64,000 nucleotides of DNA from Polyangiales bacterium (GCA_038231275.1 JBBRLQ010000003.1:448001-512000), one strand, 5' to 3'; counted from the stretch's first letter, positions 39,493 through 49,051 are shown. Notes: generated by a model from the letters alone, not told the origin. Made by a program: numbers and translations.

Positions 39493-39765
39493 CTATCGAT
39501 AGCCGCCCGTCGCCGTCAGGATCGCCGCGGGCGTCGCCGCATCCACTTCGATCACGAGCAGCTCCTCGGAGCGAAACCAGACGATGGCCCCCGCGGCGTC
39601 GCAGGCCATCACCATCGTGACGGGAAGGGGCTTGGCCGCTTCGCGTGCGGCGGGATCGCGGAGCGGACGGGCCGATGCCGCAGGACCCGGCGTGAACATG
39701 CGGATCCCGCCGCCGAGCACGATGTACTTGGTGCCCGACTCGCGATGCACGGCGAGGGTTGCCAT
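39493..39765 (-). CDS. Small hypothetical protein (90 aa)
   Basis: MATLAVHRESGTKYIVLG...ACDAAGAIVWFRSEELLVIEVD; protein-like composition. Confidence 0.65.
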   Translation of the reverse strand: MATLAVHRESGTKYIVLGGGIRMFTPGPAASARPLRDPAAREAAKPLPVTMVMACDAAGAIVWFRSEELLVIEVDAATPAAILTATGGYR

Positions 39766-39809
39766 GGCCACGACGGTAGCACCGCTCGACCAACGGTCCG
39801 CGGCGCCTA

Positions 39810-39854
39810 GAAAAGACCGCTCCTTTCGGACCGGGGCTGTTCTCGCCCGCGCGC
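39810..39854 (-). pseudogene. Second VOC/PhnB gene remnant
   Basis: 40/45 match to 31719-31763 (RAGENSPGPKGAVFS vs RAGENGPGPKGAVFS). Confidence 0.85.
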
Positions 39855-39859
39855 GCCCG

Positions 39860-40280
39860 GCGCGCGCCCGGTTCCCCCTGCCCAGCCGAGGCACGCGGTG
39901 TCGCCGTCTGGGCACTCGAGGTCGAGCATCGGAGGCAAGTCACCGGCGCCGAGCTCGCCGACGACGCTCAGGAAGCGGTTCGCCTGGGCGACGCCGTCCT
40001 CGGTGGGATCGAAGAAGTGGTACGCGCCGCGAACGATCCCGCCGCCTTTGCGCCGCTCCAGTTGCCGTGGAACGTCGCCTGCGTGTTTGTACGTTCCCTG
40101 CGTCGCCTTGATGACGGCGAAGTCGATCCCAGCGGCGTGGGCGGTCCCCCAGTCGATCGTCCCCTGGCCGTCGCTGACGTCGACGCCTTCGACCGTGGCA
40201 TGCGCGCACGCCGTGATCGGCGCGTCGCTCTGGGACGTGTGCTCGTCGTCCGCCGAGCCGCAGCCCCAAAAAATCGCCCC
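39860..40280 (-). pseudogene. GH25 muramidase fragment
   Basis: GVDVS..QG.IDW, IKATQG, GAYHFF, LPPMLDLE; compensating +1/-1 frameshifts near 40088 and 40040; start and C-terminal half missing. Confidence 0.85.
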
Positions 40281-40294
40281 GCGCTCGCCGAGCC

Positions 40295-40891
40295 TCACTC
40301 GCCGCCGATGCCGTCCGCTCCTCCGTCGCACCCGACCGGGCTGCAGTTCCAGCCGGAGTCCTCGGGCGTCCTTCCACAATAACAATGGATGGCGCTGCAG
40401 CCGGTGCCGTAGTTGCAGTTGTCGAGGCCGAACTCGCAGGTGCTCGCAGCGGGCGGCTGTGACGAGGGACACACCGGCGGCGGACACGGCGGGGCGATGC
40501 ACGACCACGCCCCCTGCTTGCACGTGCACTGCGCAGCGCATCGGCCGGGGGAGGAGCACCTCTGACCGTCCGAGGTGCATGCGCCACCTGCCGTCGGCCC
40601 GAAGTCCGGGCACGCGGGCGGCGGGCAGATGAATTGCGAGCACGCCCACGTGTCGTCGGTGCACGTGCAGGTGTTGCAGCCGTCGGACGCCGGACAGGTG
40701 CTGCTCGACGTGCAACCGGGCAGCGGCGTGCACGTGGACGACGCGCCGTCGCTCTGTCCGGCGTCGGCGCCGGGAACCTCGATGGCCTTGCCGCCGCACG
40801 CCTGGACGGCGAGCGCCGTTCCGACGACTGCGACGATCGCTGAGCGGCAGAGACCCGCGATGCTTCGCGCATCCCTCCTGAGGTTGAGCAT
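40295..40891 (-). CDS. Cys-rich repeat lipoprotein
   Basis: VQAC lipobox; three C..C.C...W.C modules. Confidence 0.8.
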   Translation of the reverse strand: MLNLRRDARSIAGLCRSAIVAVVGTALAVQACGGKAIEVPGADAGQSDGASSTCTPLPGCTSSSTCPASDGCNTCTCTDDTWACSQFICPPPACPDFGPTAGGACTSDGQRCSSPGRCAAQCTCKQGAWSCIAPPCPPPVCPSSQPPAASTCEFGLDNCNYGTGCSAIHCYCGRTPEDSGWNCSPVGCDGGADGIGGE

Positions 40892-41024
40892 TCTCTAAAA
40901 GTAGCGTGCCCAGAGGTCCATTTCGGGATCATCTGCGGCGCGACCGGTGACTAACGGGTGGAGATGTCGAGCGGCGCCGAGACTCGGCGCCGCTCGGGTG
41001 CTACCCCGTCCTTCCGGAGCCGCC

Positions 41025-42002
41025 ATGCGCTTTGCTTCTTTTCTCTCGCTCACGGTCACGCTCGGTGTCGGCCTAGGCGCGAGCGCTGGCGCGGCGCACG
41101 CGGCCGATCGGCACAAGACGCGCGTGTGGATCGAAGCGCGGCCCTGGCCGTGCGCGGATTTCGTCGCGCCGCTCGCGCAACAGATCGCCTTGGCGTGCGA
41201 CGCCGCGGGGGGAACTTGCGGCGTTGCGTCGGACGCGCAGGCGGCCGATGAGCGCATCGTGCTCAAGTGCCAAGAAGCCGAGGGACAGTGGATCCTCGAG
41301 GGCGAGAGCGCGTCCGGGGCGCGCCTCTGGTCGGTGGGTCTCTTCGGAGACGAGGACGAACGACTCCGAAGGGCGGGCCTTTGGGTGGCGCGGGTCGACG
41401 GCGGCGGCCCGGGGATTCCGGCCTCCGTTCCGAACGTCACCGTCGCGGCGCCGGCGTCCAAGACTCCCACTGCGCCGCGCGCGCCCGCGGTCGACCCGAA
41501 ACCCGAGAATCCCGACGAGACCCCGGGCGCGACCCCGGATCGCCGTGGCGGCCTCTCCTTGAGCGCGCACGGCGCGTACGAGACGACCTCGGACGGCTCT
41601 CCGCTCGTGGGGGCGCGCGCGATTTTCGGTGCGCGCATCGCCGGAGGGACGCGCGGCACGCTGGCCCTCGACGGCGTCGCTCCAACCCAGACGAACGTGC
41701 GCCCGTTCTCGCTGCTTCGCGCCGGTCTCGGCGCCGCGTGGGGCGCGCCGTGGATGGACGACGTCCTTGGCGCGGCGGTCGAAGTCGGCGCCGCCGCGGC
41801 ATCGAGCTACCGCTTCGGCGGAACGAAGGGCGCCCCCTACGGCGCCGTCTCGCTCACCGCACAGTACCCCAACGCGACGCTGCGCCCGTTCGTGACGGCG
41901 AGCCTCTCGGTGTTCGCGATGAAGGACGCCGGCTTCGAGTCGGTCGGCTCTCTTGCCCCGATGGTCGGGCTCGACGTCGGCCTCGCGTGGAGCGCGTGGT
42001 GA
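41025..42002 (+). CDS. Secreted protein with probable C-terminal beta barrel, in ECF operon
   Basis: Signal peptide (AHA); Pro linker; amphipathic strands ending GLDVGLAWSAW. Confidence 0.7.
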   Translation: MRFASFLSLTVTLGVGLGASAGAAHAADRHKTRVWIEARPWPCADFVAPLAQQIALACDAAGGTCGVASDAQAADERIVLKCQEAEGQWILEGESASGARLWSVGLFGDEDERLRRAGLWVARVDGGGPGIPASVPNVTVAAPASKTPTAPRAPAVDPKPENPDETPGATPDRRGGLSLSAHGAYETTSDGSPLVGARAIFGARIAGGTRGTLALDGVAPTQTNVRPFSLLRAGLGAAWGAPWMDDVLGAAVEVGAAAASSYRFGGTKGAPYGAVSLTAQYPNATLRPFVTASLSVFAMKDAGFESVGSLAPMVGLDVGLAWSAW

Positions 42003-42008
42003 ACTGAC

Positions 42009-42614
42009 ATGACCGTGGCGCTCAGCGGGACCAATCGCGAAGCGGTGCGCGCGCTCTCCGACGAGCGCGCGGCGACGCCCATGGTCCCGTGGCCCGAGCT
42101 GGTTCGTATCGTCACGCGCCAGATGGAGAGCATCCTCGGCTCCGCGGGGCACGCGCGCGATCGTGACGATCTCACCCAGGCCGCGCTCGAGCAGATCGTC
42201 CGGGCGCTTGATCGCTTCGAGGGGCGCGCGGAGCTGACCACGTTCACGTACCGCGTGTGCACGCGCGTCGCCTTGAACCATTGGCGCGGGTGGCGGCGGT
42301 GGCTGCGACGATTTCAGCTGGGGATCGACGCGACCGCCGAGCGCGTGGCCGGAGGCGCGGACACGTCGACCCGCGCCCTCGAGCGCGAGCGCGCGAGGGC
42401 GCTTCACCGCGCGCTGGAGCGAATGAACCCCGTACGGAGGCTGGTCGTGACGTTGTCGGACCTGGAAGAACTCGCCGGCGCGCAAGTGGCCGAGATCCTC
42501 GAGTGCCCCGAAGCCACCGTTCGCTCGCGCCTGCGCCGCGGTCGGGAGGAGCTCTACGGGCTCCTCGCGCGGGACCCGATCTTCCGCGACGAGATCGAAG
42601 GGGGGACACGATGA
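42009..42614 (+). CDS. ECF sigma factor
   Basis: DDLTQ, F.GRA..TTF.YRV (region 2); VAEILECPEATVRSRL.RGR (region 4). Confidence 0.95.
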   Translation: MTVALSGTNREAVRALSDERAATPMVPWPELVRIVTRQMESILGSAGHARDRDDLTQAALEQIVRALDRFEGRAELTTFTYRVCTRVALNHWRGWRRWLRRFQLGIDATAERVAGGADTSTRALERERARALHRALERMNPVRRLVVTLSDLEELAGAQVAEILECPEATVRSRLRRGREELYGLLARDPIFRDEIEGGTR

Positions 42615-43861
42615 GCTGCCCCCACGGCTTCACGGCGGACGACGTGGCCCGCGCGCTCGGTGGCGAGGGTGTGCCCGAGGTGGACGGCGACGCCTCACGC
42701 GCTCACGTGTCGGAGTGCGAATCGTGCCTTCGCGCGGCTCGTGCGCGCGAAGCGGCCAGGACGGCGTGGGCGCGCGGCAAGGTCCATGGCGCGGCCGAGC
42801 GCTCCGCGCGCGCAGAGCGGCTGACGACGTCGTGGCGCTCGCCGTCCACGCCGTCGCGCCTCGTGCTCGCGACGAGCGCGGCGCTCGGCGGCCTGGCGGT
42901 GGCGGCCGCGATGGCGCTGCTCTTGCCGCACGACCGGGCGTCCAGCGGAGGCGCGGCGACGATCGCGCGCGCCCGCACGATGGGCGCGGCGCACCAGCGC
43001 GCTCCGCACGTCGACACGCGGGCGCCCGCGCTCGTCGCGATGGTGCCGTGCGCCGTCTGCACGCTTGACGGCGAGGCGGTTCAGGCGGGCGATGTGGTGC
43101 CCGAAGGCGCGCGTCTCGACGTCCCCCGCGGCGCGACGCTGACGCTGGGCTTCAGCCTGCGTGAAGGGCTCGTCGATCCGACGTCCGGCGTGGACCTCGT
43201 CGGCCCCACGACGATCGAGCGCGGCCGCGTGGGCGAGGACGGAACCCCGGTGGTGGTCGTCGTCGAGGGAACGGCGCGCGTGCGCGCGCGCGAGACGCCG
43301 CTGACGTTGGCGAGCGCGCACGCGTGGACCCGCGCGTCGGACGCGACCTGGACTCTCGACGTCCAGGCCACTTGGTCTCGCGTGCACGCGGCGTACGGTG
43401 AGGTGGCGCTCGACGCCGACGGCGCGCGCTCGACGGTGCACGCTGGCGATTCGGCGACCGTCGTGGCGCCCGTAGCGCCCATCACCGCGGTCGCGGCGCC
43501 TCGTCACGTGCCGCCCGCGTCGTCCGCGCCGACCGACACGCCGCTGCCCGTGCCGCTCGGGCTCTCCACGGACCGGCCCCCCGCAGGCGCCGCGCTCTGG
43601 CGCGCCGGGCAGGAGGCGCTGCGCGTCGGCGATCGAGCCCGCGCGGAAGTGGCGTTCGGCGCATTGGTGCGCGGTGGAGGCGACGCCCGGCTCTGCGCGC
43701 GCGCGAGCTTCGCACTCGCCGAGCTCGAGCTCGCCCGTGGGGCGCGCGCCGAGGCCGAAGCGCACCTGACGCCGCTCGTTCACGATCCGGACGCGCGGCT
43801 CGCCGAGGACGCCGCGTTCCTCCTCGCCCGCGCGCGAGGCGAGCCCTCACGTCGCGAGTGA
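42611..43861 (+). CDS. Anti-sigma factor (HxxxCxxC, TM, FecR-like, TPR), C-terminus possibly truncated
   Basis: HVSECESC zinc motif; TM helix; FecR-like strands; TPR helices; ATGA overlap with the sigma gene. Confidence 0.8.
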   Translation: MSCPHGFTADDVARALGGEGVPEVDGDASRAHVSECESCLRAARAREAARTAWARGKVHGAAERSARAERLTTSWRSPSTPSRLVLATSAALGGLAVAAAMALLLPHDRASSGGAATIARARTMGAAHQRAPHVDTRAPALVAMVPCAVCTLDGEAVQAGDVVPEGARLDVPRGATLTLGFSLREGLVDPTSGVDLVGPTTIERGRVGEDGTPVVVVVEGTARVRARETPLTLASAHAWTRASDATWTLDVQATWSRVHAAYGEVALDADGARSTVHAGDSATVVAPVAPITAVAAPRHVPPASSAPTDTPLPVPLGLSTDRPPAGAALWRAGQEALRVGDRARAEVAFGALVRGGGDARLCARASFALAELELARGARAEAEAHLTPLVHDPDARLAEDAAFLLARARGEPSRRE

Positions 43862-43905
43862 TGTCCGGTCGTCAGGTCCCTCGACTTGCGGGCGACGCTC
43901 GTGCG

Positions 43906-44475
43906 CTACTCGGTGCCGCCGTCGTCGGCGACGCTCACGACCGTGAAATGGATCGTCGCGGAGACCACGGGCTTCCCGCTCGAGTCTTGGTAGGCCTTGC
44001 CGGTCCTGTCGTGCAGTGACGCGACGACGGTGTGCGGGCCGTCGGATCCGCGAAAGCAAAACGACAGCGGCGCCGCGATGGGGCTCGTAAAACCCTCTGA
44101 GTTGCGCGGGTAGACGGCGCCGATCGACTCGTTGCAGTCGGCCCCGTCGATGTTGAGCCACACGTCACCGCAGTCGGCCGCGCTGGCGCAGAGCGCCGGA
44201 TCGCGCAGCGTGAAGCCCGTCGCGGTGAACGCAACCGCCGGGGTCACCTCGCCATTGAAGGTCAAGGACGCGCCGTCGGCAGGGCTCGTGATCGTGATCG
44301 ACGCGGGGCCCGGCGGCGGCGTGATCGTCGCGTCGCCTCCACCATCGACGCCCGACTCCGCGCCGCCATCGGATCCGGGAGGCGCTCCACCTGCGTCCGT
44401 CGCCGAGCCGCTCGAGCTCGAGCAACCGACGAGCCACATCACGCACGCTGCCGTTCGCGAAACCACGCTGCGCAT
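43906..44475 (-). CDS. Lipoprotein with Ig-like domain
   Basis: LVGC lipobox; DAG linker; ITITSPADGA...GPHTV. Confidence 0.75.
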   Translation of the reverse strand: MRSVVSRTAACVMWLVGCSSSSGSATDAGGAPPGSDGGAESGVDGGGDATITPPPGPASITITSPADGASLTFNGEVTPAVAFTATGFTLRDPALCASAADCGDVWLNIDGADCNESIGAVYPRNSEGFTSPIAAPLSFCFRGSDGPHTVVASLHDRTGKAYQDSSGKPVVSATIHFTVVSVADDGGTE

Positions 44476-44667
44476 TTCGTCTCCTCCGAGGCGGCGCACT
44501 CTCGCACCCGCGGAGGATCGCTGCACGAGCGAAGCGCCTAATTTTCGCAGGGATCATGTGTCGCAACGCTTCGCCGCGCGCCGAAATGTCCCGGTGATCG
44601 ATCTGGATCACATCCTGGGAATCACGCGCGTCCCGGTGCCGAGATCAGAAGAGCTAGCATTGCGGCA

Positions 44668-45348
44668 TTGAACCCAACGCAAGCCCTCGTCCTCGGCGTG
44701 CTGGCGATCGACGGGTGCTCGCCGGCCGCGGCACCACCTGCAGCTCCAGTGACCGCGCCGGCCGCGACAACTCCCGCAGCAGCACCGGTCGCGACGGTAC
44801 CGTCCGTCAAGACGCCCGCGCCGGAGCCGATCGATTGGCCGCTGCCTCCAGGCTGGCGGCGCGAGGTCATCCCGTTCCCGCTCGATTTCGCGCCGGAGCT
44901 TTCGTACCGCGGCGCGGAGATCATCCGCTTCGCGCCGCGTTTCTTCGACGCGTCGGCGCCGACGTATTTCTCCTACGCGTTCGCGTGGGCGCTCCAGGGG
45001 AGGCCGGCCCTCGACGCCGCCGCGCTGCAGGCGGATCTCGCGCGCTACTTCGCGGGACTCTGTAAGGAGGTCGGCGGCTCGAAGTTCTCGTTCGACCCCG
45101 ACCGCTTTCGCGCGCGGCTCACGCCGTCGGTGTCGCCGCGCGCGACTGCCCGGGCGCTCGTGGGCACGGTCGACGCGTACGATCCGTTCGGCGACGGGCG
45201 CGCGCTCACGCTGAACGTTCGGATCGAGATCTGGGACTGCCCTGCGCCGGGCCCGCGCGTCGCGGCGTTCGCGGCGTCGCCGGCGGCGGCGAAGGAGCCC
45301 ATCTGGCGTGAGCTCGAAGCGCGCCTCGCCGAGCTGCGGTGCAAGTGA
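44668..45348 (+). CDS. Hypothetical lipoprotein
   Basis: Hydrophobic N-terminus plus GC; W..E.IPFPL.FAP...Y.G.E..RFAP motif. Confidence 0.75.
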   Translation: MNPTQALVLGVLAIDGCSPAAAPPAAPVTAPAATTPAAAPVATVPSVKTPAPEPIDWPLPPGWRREVIPFPLDFAPELSYRGAEIIRFAPRFFDASAPTYFSYAFAWALQGRPALDAAALQADLARYFAGLCKEVGGSKFSFDPDRFRARLTPSVSPRATARALVGTVDAYDPFGDGRALTLNVRIEIWDCPAPGPRVAAFAASPAAAKEPIWRELEARLAELRCK

Positions 45349-45390
45349 GGCCTCACCACAGGCGCTTTTTTTAGGTGCGATTGAGAGAAC

Positions 45391-45948
45391 TCAGCTCGCC
45401 ACCTCGTAAAAGAGCGGCGCGCGGCGGGCGCAGAAGGTCGAGATGACCTTCTGCTGCTCGTCGCTGAGCCCTTCGAATTCCACGCCGAGGCCGGGGGGCG
45501 ACGTGTCCGACTTGTTGCGGTGCCACTTGACCTCACCGTGCGCGTGGATCGTGCCGTTGGGCAGCGCGAAGTCGAGCGCGACCTCGCTACCGACCGGGAT
45601 GTTTCGGTAGGTCTCGACGAATACGCCGCCCTCGCTCACGTCTCCGCTGAGGCCAGAGAAGAAGTGCGACTCGCTGGCGAGATCGATCTCGACGCTGAGC
45701 GCGATGCGCGGATGCTTGCGGCGGTTGTCGTGGGGCGCGGCCACGGCGTGCGCCGGCTCCGGCAGGATCTCGTCGAGCGCGTGGAAGACCTGAGCGACGA
45801 TTTCGCCGACGATGTCTTCGGGGCGAACCTCGACCGTCTCGGGAGTGTGGGGAGCCGCCTCCACCGTGGGGCGCGATTGCGCGGGCGTGGCCATTGCGCG
45901 GCTCTTGGTGCGGTCCTTCTTCCGTAGTTTGCGGGTCTTCTTCGTCAT
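45391..45948 (-). CDS. PilZ domain protein (TIGR02266-like)
   Basis: RRKHPR and DVSEGG c-di-GMP motifs; GLGVEF. Confidence 0.92.
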   Translation of the reverse strand: MTKKTRKLRKKDRTKSRAMATPAQSRPTVEAAPHTPETVEVRPEDIVGEIVAQVFHALDEILPEPAHAVAAPHDNRRKHPRIALSVEIDLASESHFFSGLSGDVSEGGVFVETYRNIPVGSEVALDFALPNGTIHAHGEVKWHRNKSDTSPPGLGVEFEGLSDEQQKVISTFCARRAPLFYEVAS

Positions 45949-46019
45949 ACACGCGCACAAAGCAAGAACCACGCGCACGCATTACGGTTCAGCCCGCTTT
46001 CTACGCGTAGGCTGGCTGC

Positions 46020-48122
46020 GTGGCAAACCAGGGGATTTACCGAGAAGGCGGCGGCGGGGGTGGGCTGCCGCTGCCGCGCGCGCACCTGCTTGCGTTCACG
46101 GTCGGCGTCTGCGCGCTCGCGCTCGGCGCCGTCGTTCTCTCGCCAGCGCTCCTCGCCCTGCTGGGCGGCTCGGCGGCGGGCGCGTGGCGCATCTTCAGGA
46201 ACGGCGGCGTCGCGATGTACTCGCTCGTCGCGCTGAACCTGCTCGCGCCGGTCGTGATCGCCGGGCTCGGCGCCTTCGTCCTGCGTGGAAAGCGCGCGCC
46301 GGCGGGGCTCCTGTTCGTCTTGGCGTCTCTGCCCTTCGCGCTCGCGCTCCTCGGCGCGTGGATGGGCCAGCGCCAGGTCATGCGCGCGCTATCGGGAGGG
46401 TCGATCGATCCCGAGCAGAGCGCGCGCATCCTCGCAGAGGGGATCGCCGAGACGATGGCGGCGGACATGTTCGGCGGCTTCGTCGCGTGCGGCGCGGCGC
46501 TCGCGGCTGCCTTCGCGTCGGCCGCGGCGGTCGCGTCGATCGACGTTGGGACTGCGGCGCGCGGCGGCGCGAGACCCGCGGCGACAGGAGCGCTCGGCGC
46601 CGGCGTCGCGGGCGGCCTCTGGCTCGTGGCGACGTTGGGCCTTGGCGCGGCGCGCATGCGCGCGGCGGGCGGCGTGGCCTTTTTGCCGGCGCTGCCGCTC
46701 CTCGTCCTGGTGCCATCGGCGGTGCTGGCCGGGCGCGCTTCCTCGGTCTTGAGGGGGTGGCACGATCGCGGCGAGGCTTCGCGCGTCGCCGGCGCGCTGC
46801 TCGTCGCCGCGCTCGCTGCGCTGCTCGCGGTCCTCGCGCTCCAGCGCGCCGTCGAGTCGAGCTTCGCGTCGAAGGCGCTCGAGGCCATCGCCGGCGAGAC
46901 GGTGGACGAGTCGCAGCGGGCGCGCATCCTCGTGTACGCGCTCGACGCGGGCCGCCTCGCCTCCGCCGCGTACGCGCTCCACTTCGCGCTCGGCGCGGCG
47001 ACCTTCGGGCTTGCCCTCGCGCCTGCCCTTGGCAACGCGCGCAACCCGGCGACGCCGAGCGTCGTGATCGCCGCGGTGGTCGGCCTCCTCTTGATCGCGT
47101 GCACAGTGAGCCTCGCGCGATCGCGCAACGCCGCGCCGCACGCGATGGCGGCGCGCGCCACGGACCCGAGCCCCGCCGGCGTGACCTTGCCGGTCGTCGT
47201 CGATGCGTTCTCGCACAAGGGCGCGGGCGCCGGATACGAGGGCGCGCGTCTGGTCCTCCGGCGCGACGGCACCGGCGACGGCACAATCGACAGCGGCTGC
47301 GCCCAGCCCAAGCTCACGGTCTACGCCGATCGCGCCGCCACCGTCGCGTCGCTCCGCGCGCGCCTGGGGGCGCCATCGGATTCGTCGCCGTGCCCCCGCC
47401 GCCTCACCTTCGTGGCCAAGCGCGCGCACCCGCCGGAGCTCGAGGCGCGCCTCGGCGAGCTCACGGGGTACCTGGGCACGACCGCCTACTTCACGGCGAC
47501 GCTCGACGACGACCGCACCGCGGGCCCCGCGAGGCCGTACGATCTGGTGATGCGCGTGACGTCCGTGTCGGACGACACGCTGGAGATCGACGGTGCGCGC
47601 GTCACGTTGCCGCTCGTGGGGGGCGCGTCGCCCGGAGGGCCGGGCGCCACGCGCGTCCGCTACCTCTTTCGCCCCACGGACACGATCGGTCACGTGCTCG
47701 ACACGATCGTGGCGGTCGAGACCGCATACGCGTCACACCTTTCCACGTGGGAGCTCGAACGCTCGATCGACGACGGCGCGCGGCCACCGCCGCCCCCGCC
47801 CACCACCGATGAGCATGGGATCACGGTCGCCGGCCGCCTGCCTCCCGAGGTGATCGAGCGCATCGTTCGCAAGGATCGCGGGCACGTGCGCGCCTGCTAC
47901 GAGGCCGGGCTCTTCCGGAACCCGACGCTCCACGGGCGCGTGGTCGTGAAATTCGTCATCGGACGCAGCGGCGCCGTGACGAGCGCCACCGACGACGGCT
48001 CCGACCTGCCCGATCGCGGCGTCGTCGCGTGCGTACTCTCCGCGTTCTCGCGGCTCTCGTTCCCGCAACCCGAGGCCGGCGTGGTCACCGTGACCTACGC
48101 CGTGGTCCTCGCGCCCGAGTAG
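46020..48122 (+). CDS. Polytopic membrane protein: two MotA/TolQ/ExbB-like units, ExbD-like region, AgmX/PglI (TonB-C-like) C-terminus
   Basis: F..GG..M and D...ARILAEGIAE motifs duplicated; VTLP..LTVYAD; I..IVR....VRACYE..L..NP.L.GRV.V.F.I. Confidence 0.7.
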   Translation: MANQGIYREGGGGGGLPLPRAHLLAFTVGVCALALGAVVLSPALLALLGGSAAGAWRIFRNGGVAMYSLVALNLLAPVVIAGLGAFVLRGKRAPAGLLFVLASLPFALALLGAWMGQRQVMRALSGGSIDPEQSARILAEGIAETMAADMFGGFVACGAALAAAFASAAAVASIDVGTAARGGARPAATGALGAGVAGGLWLVATLGLGAARMRAAGGVAFLPALPLLVLVPSAVLAGRASSVLRGWHDRGEASRVAGALLVAALAALLAVLALQRAVESSFASKALEAIAGETVDESQRARILVYALDAGRLASAAYALHFALGAATFGLALAPALGNARNPATPSVVIAAVVGLLLIACTVSLARSRNAAPHAMAARATDPSPAGVTLPVVVDAFSHKGAGAGYEGARLVLRRDGTGDGTIDSGCAQPKLTVYADRAATVASLRARLGAPSDSSPCPRRLTFVAKRAHPPELEARLGELTGYLGTTAYFTATLDDDRTAGPARPYDLVMRVTSVSDDTLEIDGARVTLPLVGGASPGGPGATRVRYLFRPTDTIGHVLDTIVAVETAYASHLSTWELERSIDDGARPPPPPPTTDEHGITVAGRLPPEVIERIVRKDRGHVRACYEAGLFRNPTLHGRVVVKFVIGRSGAVTSATDDGSDLPDRGVVACVLSAFSRLSFPQPEAGVVTVTYAVVLAPE

Positions 48123-48275
48123 CCGCCTAGCGCGCGGCGGCATGGCACCTCACGGTGCGAAATGAGCTCGAGACATCCGCGTGAGGCATTCCGATGTTCC
48201 CTTGCCGGAAAAGGACGCGGCGCTGCTGAGCCTTCAGTCAGGGCGAATCGGGCGCGGGCATGGCAGAATGATTCT

Positions 48276-49010
48276 GTGACGGCGTTCGTCGGTCTCGTGC
48301 TCTTCGCGACACTCGCCGCGCCGGGATGCAACGGCTGCGCGCGCTCGACCTCGGCCCCGACCTCGACCTCGACCTCGACGGCGTTCGTCCGCATCACATT
48401 GGACGGCATTTCGGTCGACACGTGGCGAGCGGCAGGGGCGGGGTCTCATCCCGCCATCCTCCTCCTCCACGGCGCCGCGGGGCCGGAGCTCTTCACCGAT
48501 CCCACCTCCGATCATCGCAGGTACCCCGAGATTTTCGCGGCGGGCGGCTACTCCGTCTTCATGCCCCACTACGAAAACGGAAGAGGCGATCGGCTCGCTG
48601 TCGTGACGCGCATGCTCGATGCCGTCGTGGCGGATCCCGGAGTGGACCCGAAGCGCGTCGCGATCGTCGGGTATTCACGCGGGGCGAACCTTACCCTGCG
48701 CCTCGCCGTCGCCGACGCGCGGCCGGCCGCGGTGGTCGACTATTACGGATGGCTCTCGGGCGCGGACGCCGAAAAGATGACCCGGATGCCGCCGACGCTG
48801 ATCTTGCACGGCGCGAAGGACGGCGACGTCCGCGTCGACGAGGCCTACAAGCTCGAAGGGCTCTTCCGCGCGAAGAAGGTCGACTACGAAATCCACGTCT
48901 ACCCCGACGAAGAGCACGGCTTCAGCAAACGATCGCTGGGCGACTCGGCGACGCGGACGCTCGCCTTCCTCGGCGCGCGCCTCGGCGTCGACGCCTCGCC
49001 ACGGCCCTAG
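48276..49010 (+). CDS. Dienelactone-hydrolase-like alpha/beta hydrolase
   Basis: LLHG, GYSRG nucleophile elbow, HGAKD, HGF; (CCTCGA)n tract encodes a TS linker. Confidence 0.9.
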   Translation: MTAFVGLVLFATLAAPGCNGCARSTSAPTSTSTSTAFVRITLDGISVDTWRAAGAGSHPAILLLHGAAGPELFTDPTSDHRRYPEIFAAGGYSVFMPHYENGRGDRLAVVTRMLDAVVADPGVDPKRVAIVGYSRGANLTLRLAVADARPAAVVDYYGWLSGADAEKMTRMPPTLILHGAKDGDVRVDEAYKLEGLFRAKKVDYEIHVYPDEEHGFSKRSLGDSATRTLAFLGARLGVDASPRP

Positions 49011-49051
49011 CTCTAGCCTCGGGCGCGAGGCACCGTGGGCACGTAGAGTCG

